This document shows positions 1-6,421 of a stretch of DNA of 32,000 nucleotides, one piece after another. The stretch is from Candidatus Saccharimonadota bacterium (GTDB taxonomy: Bacteria; Patescibacteriota; Microgenomatia; UBA1406; GWC2-37-13), in NCBI GenBank assembly GCA_016699265.1, contig CP064967.1, positions 360,001 through 392,000 on the forward strand. Reading direction: 5' to 3'. Within the stretch, counting starts at the first letter, position 1; the number at the start of each line of letters is the position of its first letter. The translations under genes and the position numbers were made by a program. Under the pieces are notes generated by a model, which worked only from the letters and a program-made list of their open reading frames with translations, ran no database searches and had not been told where the DNA came from.

Positions 1-287
1 TCCTTAACTATGCTCTTTTTTATTCCTTTTCGTGCTTCCTTCTGCTTTTTATCTTCTTGATACTGGAACTTCTTAAAATCTATTAGTTTTGCGACTGGTG
101 GCTTTGCATTTGGTGCAATCAGAACCAAATCTACCTCTTGATCGATCGCAAGCCTCATTGCCTCCTCTTTTGAAAGCAGACCCACCTGTTTACTTTCGTG
201 ATCTACAACCCGTAACGGTGATACGTTAATGTTGTGATTAATCGTATAGTGTTTCTTTTGGGGTCGAGGTGCTGGGTAATTTCTCAA
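1..287 (-). CDS. infC: translation initiation factor IF-3, 5' part (gene continues past the left edge)
   Basis: Absent from the ORF track because it runs off the window edge. Hand translation of the minus strand gives ..INHNINVSPLRVVDHESKQVGLLSKEEAMRLAIDQEVDLVLIAPNAKPPVAKLIDFKKFQYQEDKKQKEARKGIKK.., the IF-3 N-domain plus Lys-rich linker pattern. It lies directly downstream of thrS, the canonical thrS-infC order. There is no in-frame ATG. A candidate TTG at 285-287 overlaps the thrS stop, so the start is uncertain. Confidence 0.85.
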   Translation of the reverse strand, partial: MRNYPAPRPQKKHYTINHNINVSPLRVVDHESKQVGLLSKEEAMRLAIDQEVDLVLIAPNAKPPVAKLIDFKKFQYQEDKKQKEARKGIKKSIVK

Positions 288-1495
288 ATAGATTGTAAAT
301 GAGTCTTAATAAATTCTTTAACCTTCATAAGACCCAGATCTTTGCCTTCTCTGCTTCGAACCGCAACACTTAGTTCCGATTCCTGCATTTCTTTATCCCC
401 AATTATAATCATAAATGGGACTTTTTGCAACGTGGTCTCGCGTATTTTAGCGCCTAGTGGCTTATCGTCTCCATTAATCTCGACTCTCATATCGACCTTC
501 AACAGTTCTTGAAAGACTTCCTGTGCCTTTTCATTGTGTTTCTCCGACACAGGAAGAACCGCAACCTGAACCGGAGCCAACCAGAAAGGGAAAAAACCTT
601 GCGTGTGCTCAATATAGACTGATAAAAAGCGCTCGATTGATCCCAAAAGTGCTTTATGTATCATGATCGGAGTCTTTTCTGTCCCGTCGGGAGCAACATA
701 GGAGATTTTAAATCTAGCTGGCTGTACGAAGTCTAGTTGCTCAGTTGCCACCTGCCACTCACGTCCTTGAGAATCAGTTGCCATAATATCGATCTTGGGT
801 GCATAAAAAGCCGCTTCTCCCTCTGCTACAAAGTACTCAAGACCTGACTTTTTAGCCACTTTTTCCATAATTTCCTGGGACTGTTTCCACTGCTCATTGG
901 TCCCTAAGTAATGAGATGTGTCTTTTGAGTCCCTAAATGAAAGTCGAAGTTTGAACTGAAGATCGAGCAGTCTGTACATCGTCTTTACCATCTCAACGAT
1001 TTTTTCAAGTTCCTCCTCTACCTGATCCATGGTACAAAAAACATGAGCATCATCCTGCGTGGCCGAACGAACTCTGTTGAGTCCTCCCAGTTCCCCACTT
1101 TTTTCATCTCTGTAGACAGTTGTTGTTTCGTAGTAGCGAATTGGGAGATCTCGGTAGCTTCTTGGGTTTGAGGCATAAATCTGGATATGATGAGGGCAGC
1201 TCATTGGTTTTAGAATGAACTTATCATCGGTCTCCTGACTTGTAACCAAAAACAATTCCTTCCCAAATTTATCCCAGTGTCCAGAGTTTTTATAGAGCTC
1301 TTCTTTTGCAATATGAGGGATCCAGACCTTTTTATACCCAGCTTCTCGCTGAAGTTTTTCAGAGAGTCCCGCAAGAAGATCTCGTAGAATGGTTCCTTTT
1401 GGAGTAAAAAGTGGAAGGCCTGAGCCAACGAGATCGGAAAAAGTAAATAAATCCATCTCTCGACCAATCTGTCTGTGATCTTTCATGTCTGCCAT
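284..1495 (-). CDS. thrS: threonyl-tRNA synthetase, catalytic core plus anticodon-binding domain only (403 aa)
   Basis: It aligns by eye with E. coli ThrRS from about residue 242 to the end. Shared motifs include DHRxIGxxxDLF, KPMSCPHH, YRDLP, RVRxxTQDDAHxFC, FYxPKID, QLDFxxPxRF, HxAxLGSxERF, FPxWLAPVQV and the C-terminal anticodon-binding region. A different ORF ends 8 nt upstream, so no TGS or editing domain is attached. Confidence 0.95.
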   Translation of the reverse strand: MADMKDHRQIGREMDLFTFSDLVGSGLPLFTPKGTILRDLLAGLSEKLQREAGYKKVWIPHIAKEELYKNSGHWDKFGKELFLVTSQETDDKFILKPMSCPHHIQIYASNPRSYRDLPIRYYETTTVYRDEKSGELGGLNRVRSATQDDAHVFCTMDQVEEELEKIVEMVKTMYRLLDLQFKLRLSFRDSKDTSHYLGTNEQWKQSQEIMEKVAKKSGLEYFVAEGEAAFYAPKIDIMATDSQGREWQVATEQLDFVQPARFKISYVAPDGTEKTPIMIHKALLGSIERFLSVYIEHTQGFFPFWLAPVQVAVLPVSEKHNEKAQEVFQELLKVDMRVEINGDDKPLGAKIRETTLQKVPFMIIIGDKEMQESELSVAVRSREGKDLGLMKVKEFIKTHLQSI

Positions 1496-1503
1496 AAACT
1501 TTA

Positions 1504-2472
1504 TTATACAGAAGGTGAGTAAATACTGGCGCCGTCCTCAACCGCCTCCTTAAGATTTGAAATAATAAATGGAAGTCGGTGCGCAATCGGTGCGTTAGGA
1601 TCGTTGAGTATCCCAGAAAATACATTTTCAATTTCAAAATATTTTGTAAACTCAGCCCGTCTATGCGGAGGAACTCCAAAAAGTATCCCAAAAGCTTGCA
1701 TGACCGGAATTCTATACGGAGCTGACTTAACCGTAGAGATATTACCTGCTTCCCTAAGTAGCTGAGGATTGAAGTCTCCATCTTTTAGCGACTCTATAAT
1801 AGATACAACTATAGACTCTTCAAGTTGCTGTTCGCCCAGAAGTGCTACAAAAAGTCTTGAATATTTTTCCACCACTTTGTCACGTATTGCAGACTCCGTT
1901 AGCAAAGTAAGCAGCGCTGAAGAAAGCCGAGTTCTAGATATTAGTGGATTTCTTCGGCCAAGTCTATCCGTGCCCATAGCTAGGCGCACCTGATCGGCTA
2001 TCTTTTTTTTGATAGTCTTATTTGGCTTATCGAAACCTGCTTTTACAAGCATGTTTTCAGTTTCGCGTTGAAACTCTTCTAACTGAGATTCAGATATCTC
2101 AGTGGTTCTAAAATGTCGAAGTTTGCCTCGAATAAACTCGTCCAATTCCTGTATCCTATTTGCAATAACCCCCGTTTTATCATGCTTTCCCAAAACTTCG
2201 ACTGTTGAGCCGGTCAAACTTTCAATTGAGCTATGAGGTGACCACCTTTTTAAGGCTACCTCAGGATCTCTAGCTGTGCGATAGCTAGCCAACCATAGAT
2301 GACCATCAAATGGAGAATATCTGACCCCATCTTCAACTGGGAATACACGCGGTAGTCCTTCAACCCAGTTGTTGACCGGATTTTCAGCTACGACTTCAAA
2401 CTTCCTATGTATTAATCCTTTAGCTTTATCTTGGGGATGCTTTCCGAGAATTCTGTCTTCAACTCCTGCCAT
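1504..2472 (-). CDS. hypothetical protein (322 aa), no family recognised
   Basis: Long ORF tightly packed between neighbouring genes on the same strand, with non-repetitive composition. Confidence 0.7.
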   Translation of the reverse strand: MAGVEDRILGKHPQDKAKGLIHRKFEVVAENPVNNWVEGLPRVFPVEDGVRYSPFDGHLWLASYRTARDPEVALKRWSPHSSIESLTGSTVEVLGKHDKTGVIANRIQELDEFIRGKLRHFRTTEISESQLEEFQRETENMLVKAGFDKPNKTIKKKIADQVRLAMGTDRLGRRNPLISRTRLSSALLTLLTESAIRDKVVEKYSRLFVALLGEQQLEESIVVSIIESLKDGDFNPQLLREAGNISTVKSAPYRIPVMQAFGILFGVPPHRRAEFTKYFEIENVFSGILNDPNAPIAHRLPFIISNLKEAVEDGASIYSPSV

Positions 2473-2483
2473 AATATAGAAAA

Positions 2484-2714
2484 TTATCTTAGTTTATATT
2501 TACGATTACCGGTCACCGATCCAAAGGAGGTGATCGGTTTGTGTCTATTAATATTTGATGCAATGTGAGTGTGAGGATGTTTAAGTATATAGGCTATAAC
2601 TGCGGTAGCAACGCAACCAACAATCGTCAATGATGGGTATAACAGAGGGTGACGATCATTATAGTCAAAGTCTCCTCGAACAGATCCTCTCACTATCTTT
2701 TCATGTTTACTCAT
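2484..2714 (-). CDS. small membrane protein (76 aa, one predicted TM helix)
   Basis: Its ATG overlaps the upstream gene's stop (ATGA). An extended -10 (TGATATAAT, 2721-2729) lies 6 nt upstream. The hydrophobic stretch is SLTIVGCVATAVIAYIL. Confidence 0.5.
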   Translation of the reverse strand: MSKHEKIVRGSVRGDFDYNDRHPLLYPSLTIVGCVATAVIAYILKHPHTHIASNINRHKPITSFGSVTGNRKYKLR

Positions 2715-3604
2715 TTATACATTATATCATTAAGGACTGTTCTGACGGTCTGCTTCCACCTTTTCGTTTTTATGCGATCAATGAATGTTTCCTTTTTACA
2801 TATAAGACTTACCGCATGGACATCGTCCGTGGTTGGTATCAACGTATCATTCGACTGAACATACATTATTGAAAGAGGATTTGACAGATGATCGAGTCCG
2901 AGACCGTGACCCAGTTCATGTTCGATGGTATGAATGAGTTCTTGTTGACTGTTGTTATAGTATATTGATATCGTTTTAGAGGCAGATTCGAATAATCCTT
3001 CTTCTGGTTTAGACTTCACCACGGTTTGAAGAGTAGTTATGTTGCCATTCAGTTGTTCTATTTTTGTGTTTATATCGTTAGTGGTAAGCTGTAGGGTACG
3101 GGCCTCAGCACTAATCTGCTTAGTCAACTGTTCAAGCTCTGTCTGTTCGGCTACGAGCTTGCCATACTCCTCCTCTGTTTGTGTTGAGCTTTTATTCCAG
3201 TTACTTACCTTATCATTAAATGACTGTACTTTTTTATCCAGCTCATCTGAACGTTTTTTAAAGTCGTCAATTCTCGACTGAAGCGTCGACTTGTCTTGAT
3301 TCACTGCGCTTTTTTCAGTGTTGACCTCCGAGGCTATTGCCTGTCTTTCGTCGTAAACCATCTGAATGGTAATTGGTTTCTCTGCTGTTGGATTGTAGGT
3401 GAACAAATCTTGTCCCGTTGCCGTCTCCCAGTACCGCTCCGCCTCCTTAATGTTCTCAAGAACCTGCATTCTTGTAAGATTGAATCTGGAATCAATGCTT
3501 CCAATTGTATAGCTCACAGTCTTGTCGCAGATATTTGGAAGTGGATAATAATATGCAAAACCCATCATTCCTAAAATAATTGCCAGATACACAATCCACC
3601 TCAT
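2711..3604 (-). CDS. membrane-anchored matrixin/metzincin-like zinc metalloprotease with a central coiled-coil segment
   Basis: HELGHGLGLDH (HExxHxxGxxH) is followed by SIMY (Met-turn). There is an N-terminal TM helix. A roughly 130-aa Q/E/K/T-rich heptad-like segment (residues about 95-225) lies between the N-terminal region and the catalytic motif. Confidence 0.8.
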   Translation of the reverse strand: MRWIVYLAIILGMMGFAYYYPLPNICDKTVSYTIGSIDSRFNLTRMQVLENIKEAERYWETATGQDLFTYNPTAEKPITIQMVYDERQAIASEVNTEKSAVNQDKSTLQSRIDDFKKRSDELDKKVQSFNDKVSNWNKSSTQTEEEYGKLVAEQTELEQLTKQISAEARTLQLTTNDINTKIEQLNGNITTLQTVVKSKPEEGLFESASKTISIYYNNSQQELIHTIEHELGHGLGLDHLSNPLSIMYVQSNDTLIPTTDDVHAVSLICKKETFIDRIKTKRWKQTVRTVLNDIMYK

Positions 3605-3661
3605 ATGTAAATTATATAAAGATTTGCTTAAATAGTACGTTGAGGAAATATTTTTAACCCT

Positions 3662-3687
3662 GATACTATTATTTAAATAATAGTATC
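3662..3687. repeat. perfect 26-bp palindrome GATACTATTATTTAAATAATAGTATC, copy A (28 bp palindromic here, 3661-3688)
   Basis: Self-complementary sequence read directly. It ends 2 nt beyond the stop codon of the TrpR-like gene and is identical to copy B at 4131-4156. Confidence 0.95.
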
Positions 3688-3689
3688 AA

Positions 3690-4127
3690 CTAAATGCCCT
3701 GCTGTTTCAATCTCTCGATCTTCCGTTTCCTCTCCCATGCAACTTTCCAATCAACTCCCGATTTGCCAGGTGGAAATAGCAGAGAATATAATTCTTCAAG
3801 CATTAATTTCATTTGATCATGCTTTATCATCTGACGCAGTGTCGGAACGATTCCATTACTACGCTCCATAATGATTCTGTATTTTGAGACAGTCGCCATG
3901 GAAACTTTCAGCACAAAACAAATTGTCCTATGATCAATGTCCTTTAAAATTAGATACATAATGGCTATTCTTTTCGCGACCATAAGGCGTTCTATAGGCG
4001 ATAAGAGATCTATGACAGTTTCGTTAAATGCAATTTTTGAATTTTTTTTGCCAACTACTTCAAAAAAAAGATCCAACAATTTGTTTAAAGTTTCCTCGGG
4101 AAGTTTAAAGCGAGATACTCTTACCAT
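3690..4127 (-). CDS. TrpR/YerC-YecD-like helix-turn-helix protein (145 aa)
   Basis: LLSPIERLMVAKRIAIMYLILKDIDHRTICFVLKVSMATVSKYRII matches the Trp-repressor-related pattern (LxPxE..A.R..I...L......I......S.ATxS+). The family call rests on motif recognition only. Confidence 0.6.
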   Translation of the reverse strand: MVRVSRFKLPEETLNKLLDLFFEVVGKKNSKIAFNETVIDLLSPIERLMVAKRIAIMYLILKDIDHRTICFVLKVSMATVSKYRIIMERSNGIVPTLRQMIKHDQMKLMLEELYSLLFPPGKSGVDWKVAWERKRKIERLKQQGI

Positions 4128-4130
4128 ATA

Positions 4131-4156
4131 GATACTATTATTTAAATAATAGTATC
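4131..4156. promoter_or_regulatory. perfect 26-bp palindrome, copy B; candidate operator overlapping the promoter of the TrpR-like gene
   Basis: Identical to 3662-3687. It ends 3 nt upstream of the ATG at 4127, and there is no Shine-Dalgarno sequence between them. Confidence 0.6.
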
Positions 4157-4262
4157 GGTCAATAGATTATATGCTACAAAGTGAAGGGTTTAGATTGATT
4201 GGTGGCTTTAAAAAGAGTGATGTACTACGTTCCTTTCCAAAGGCGTGGTAAAATTAGAGCTT

Positions 4263-4336
4263 GGACTCGTAGCTCAGTTGGTTAGAGCGTTGCATTGACA
4301 TTGCAGAGGTCACAGGTTCGAGCCCTGTCGGGTCCA
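4263..4336 (+). tRNA. tRNA-Val (anticodon GAC)
   Basis: Hand-folded cloverleaf: acceptor GGACTCG/CGGGTCC, D arm GCTC-AGTTGGTTA-GAGC, anticodon arm TTGCA-TTGACAT-TGCAG, T arm ACAGG-TTCGAGC-CCTGT, discriminator A. CCA is not encoded. An extended -10 (TGGTAAAAT, 4246-4254) lies just upstream. Confidence 0.9.
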
Positions 4337-4358
4337 CACAAGAAGTATAATAAGGTTA

Positions 4359-4457
4359 GCGGACGTAGCTTCCCGATTTCGATCGGGATCCCGATGGCAG
4401 CGACCATCGGGGCAATTGGTAAAGCTTATAGCTTCCAATTTCGCTACGATCTAAATA
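4359..4457 (+). other. degenerate tRNA-Asp 5'-half duplicate carrying a 42-nt double-hairpin insertion; tRNA-derived structured element
   Basis: The first 12 nt (GCGGACGTAGCT) equal the 5' end of tRNA-Asp at 4458. After removing 4371-4412, the sequence CAATTGGTAAAGC continues the tRNA-Asp D arm with 2 mismatches. No T arm or 3' acceptor strand follows. Three hairpins are present (4371-4388, 4390-4411, about 4414-4440). A TATAAT (4346-4351) lies 7 nt upstream. Confidence 0.6.
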
Positions 4458-4530
4458 GCGGACGTAGCTCAATTGGCAGAGCACTTCCCTGTCACGGAAG
4501 GGGTTGCGGGTTCGAGTCCCGTCGTTCGCG
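4458..4530 (+). tRNA. tRNA-Asp (anticodon GTC)
   Basis: Cloverleaf: acceptor GCGGACG/CGTTCGC, D arm GCTC-AATTGGCA-GAGC, anticodon arm CTTCC-CTGTCAC-GGAAG, T arm GCGGG-TTCGAGT-CCCGT, discriminator G. CCA is not encoded. Confidence 0.9.
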
Positions 4531-4578
4531 CAGTTAGTTTAAGGTTGATTTTGATCTTCAGAAGAGTACTCTTGTACA

Positions 4579-4806
4579 ATGAAGCTCCTGCAAGTGCCAA
4601 ATGCGCCACTTATTATTGCCATAAGTGGATTAATAATCAGCAAAGTGCCTAACGTTCTTCTTCATAAGCTAGGAGCAACAACATATACGATAGCAATCAT
4701 CTTATGGGCATATGAAGAAATAACTTCAGGGATTAATTGGGCTCGTAAACTACTTGGATTAGTGGTAATTTTTACAGTAGCATATTCACTCTTCAATCAA
4801 TTGTAA
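4579..4806 (+). CDS. small membrane protein (75 aa, 2-3 TM helices)
   Basis: Hydrophobic ORF with no competing ORF. No family recognised. Confidence 0.5.
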   Translation: MKLLQVPNAPLIIAISGLIISKVPNVLLHKLGATTYTIAIILWAYEEITSGINWARKLLGLVVIFTVAYSLFNQL

Positions 4807-4914
4807 TGTGCGATTAATGGGAAAGCTTTAGAAAAGTTAGTTGCTAAATAATGAGTTCCCACATAGTTCCTACCTTGACCCCCCACTTCGCTGAGGTAAT
4901 GCACTAGAGCGTGC

Positions 4915-5568
4915 TTATTTCTTAAAGTTCTTCAAGTCCTCCCAGTGTTGGTGAACTAGACATGGGGTTAGGAGAAGTCCTAATACAATCCAATAGCTTC
5001 GAAACCAGCCACTGTGCATATCCGAACCAAGTACTAATGCATGATAAAATATGCTTGCCATTGCAATTGTTTGTGTAAAGTTCACAAGCCACCAGAGTCT
5101 CACTACCTTAGGATTTTCTTTAAATCGCGCTATCACCTCGAAAAATAGAAAGCCTGTGAGGCCAAGCATTCCCAAAATAACATAGGGGATACTCGCCTCT
5201 CCAGCGTATGCAAAGTAGCTGAGTGGTGGAAGCCCGAAACCCTGCCTGAGCTGTTCTATCGCCAATATCATCGGATGAAGGAGGACAAGCCAAATTACGA
5301 TGGCTGTAGAGGTTCTATGATAAGGTTTGTGTTTTGGAAGTGATGGAATTAGTCTTCGTATCTCGCCTACGATAAAGTGGGTCCACATTATGCTCCATGC
5401 CAAGATTCCAATAATTGGAAAAACCTGATAGAGGGAAACGACTTTAAATGTAAAGCTCATGGTTTCAAACCATACGGTAAATCCCACTCCAATCACGACC
5501 ATTGCAAGTATCCACGGAAAGAGGTTCCACCAACCTGGAAGGATTGCCGAGTCCTTATTACTTGCCAT
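4915..5568 (-). CDS. polytopic membrane protein (217 aa, about 6 TM helices with conserved-looking His residues); function unassigned
   Basis: Hydrophobicity pattern. His residues within helices (WTH, LLHP, FYHAL) resemble heme-binding membrane domains, but that is not demonstrable from sequence alone. Confidence 0.65.
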   Translation of the reverse strand: MASNKDSAILPGWWNLFPWILAMVVIGVGFTVWFETMSFTFKVVSLYQVFPIIGILAWSIMWTHFIVGEIRRLIPSLPKHKPYHRTSTAIVIWLVLLHPMILAIEQLRQGFGLPPLSYFAYAGEASIPYVILGMLGLTGFLFFEVIARFKENPKVVRLWWLVNFTQTIAMASIFYHALVLGSDMHSGWFRSYWIVLGLLLTPCLVHQHWEDLKNFKK

Positions 5569-5670
5569 ATATCATATGCTACAGAATATGCTGATATAAG
5601 GCAAATTGAAGCTATTTAATGCCAATTTGAGGCTCCAGCCTCGTTAGCTATAAGATACATAAAATACCCC

Positions 5671-5699
5671 TTGACAGGCCTGTAGTAAGTTGCTATACT
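5671..5699 (+). promoter_or_regulatory. sigma70-type promoter TTGACA-N17-TATACT
   Basis: -35 TTGACA at 5671-5676, an exact 17-nt spacer, and -10 TATACT at 5694-5699, in the divergent intergenic region. Confidence 0.6.
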
Positions 5700-5705
5700 G
5701 CACCT

Positions 5706-5755
5706 AGATCTTAAGGTTTTTCGCCAAGCGCTGAAAAGCTTTAAGATCTTTTTTT
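5706..5755 (+). terminator. long hairpin plus T-run (intrinsic-terminator-like) starting at the predicted transcription start
   Basis: AGATCTTAAGGTTTTTCGCCAAGCGCTGAAAAGCTTTAAGATCT (5706-5749) folds into a stem of about 19 bp. It is followed by a 7-nt T run (5749-5755). No upstream gene ends here. Confidence 0.55.
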
Positions 5756-5800
5756 ATAGCCCAAGAGACATAGTTAAAGATTGTCTAAAGGCCAATACTT

Positions 5801-6376
5801 ATGAAGATACTCAAATTGTTTTTAAGCGTATTTGTTGTTTTATTATTCTCGGGCACAAATGTTCTAGCCTCAGATCAGCAGGCTGGTTCATCGGCCATTC
5901 TTGTGGCTAGTCCAAAGAACGAGATCGCCAATAGAATATCCCATAGAGATATTGCACAGGACTATATGTTAAAAAGACGAGTTATTACAAAGGTCCTACA
6001 GGAGAACAACTCTCCCCTTGTGGACTCGGTAGATTCATTTATTAGCACTTGTGCCAACTATCAGATCGACTGTTATCTATTGCCGTCAATTACTAGGCTT
6101 GAGTCTAGTTTTGGCCAGTTTACGCATCCAAACTCACATAATCCCTTTGGTTGGGGTGGTGGTTACATAATGTTTAATACATGGGGTGATTCTATTGATG
6201 CTGTAGGTAAGGGTTTGAGAACCAACTATATAGATAAGGGAGCGGCTGACGTTTACGATATTGGTAAGATCTATGCTGCGAGTCCTACATGGGCGGTGCG
6301 CGTAGAGCGCTTTATGAATGACTTTAAGCGTGTTGAAAGCGAAGAGAGTTTACAGGCGAGTAACATTTCGCTATAA
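5801..6376 (+). CDS. secreted glucosaminidase/lysozyme-like cell-wall hydrolase (191 aa)
   Basis: Signal peptide present. LPSITRLESSFGQ...HNPFGWGG resembles the glucosaminidase-domain motif (A..ESG.G......N.FG). It is a paralog of the ORF at 8051-8626. Confidence 0.55.
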   Translation: MKILKLFLSVFVVLLFSGTNVLASDQQAGSSAILVASPKNEIANRISHRDIAQDYMLKRRVITKVLQENNSPLVDSVDSFISTCANYQIDCYLLPSITRLESSFGQFTHPNSHNPFGWGGGYIMFNTWGDSIDAVGKGLRTNYIDKGAADVYDIGKIYAASPTWAVRVERFMNDFKRVESEESLQASNISL

Positions 6377-6390
6377 TGGACGAACTTAGA

Positions 6391-6410
6391 CCTGCCTGCC
6401 GGCAGGCAGG
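6391..6410. repeat. perfect 20-bp GC-rich palindrome CCTGCCTGCCGGCAGGCAGG flanked by 7-bp direct repeats ACTTAGA (6384-6390, 6411-6417)
   Basis: Read directly. A near-identical copy lies at 14825-14843. Confidence 0.9.
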
Positions 6411-6421
6411 ACTTAGAATAT

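Noticed and set aside
1210-1993. Nested or antisense track ORFs at 1210-1467, 1359-1781 and 1769-1993. Similar ones elsewhere include 2630-2872, 3039-3281, 3296-3574, 3937-4131, 5377-5619, 6271-6477, 6527-6715, 7197-7687, 8904-9161, 9879-10271, 11548-11739, 13382-13633, 14386-14664, 16824-17039, 17422-17622, 17997-18197, 19007-19288, 19462-19677, 21501-21818, 22300-22728, 24158-24349, 24497-25039, 26675-26935, 28407-28640, 30161-30430 and 31377-31562.
   Set aside because: Each is embedded in, or antisense to, a longer ORF with clear family motifs. They have low-complexity or Ser/Cys/Leu-rich composition typical of off-frame translation.
4359-4457. Functional intron-containing or split tRNA.
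   Set aside because: After removing the 42-nt insert only the acceptor 5' strand and the D arm remain recognisable. There is no anticodon arm, no GTTCRA T loop and no 3' acceptor strand.
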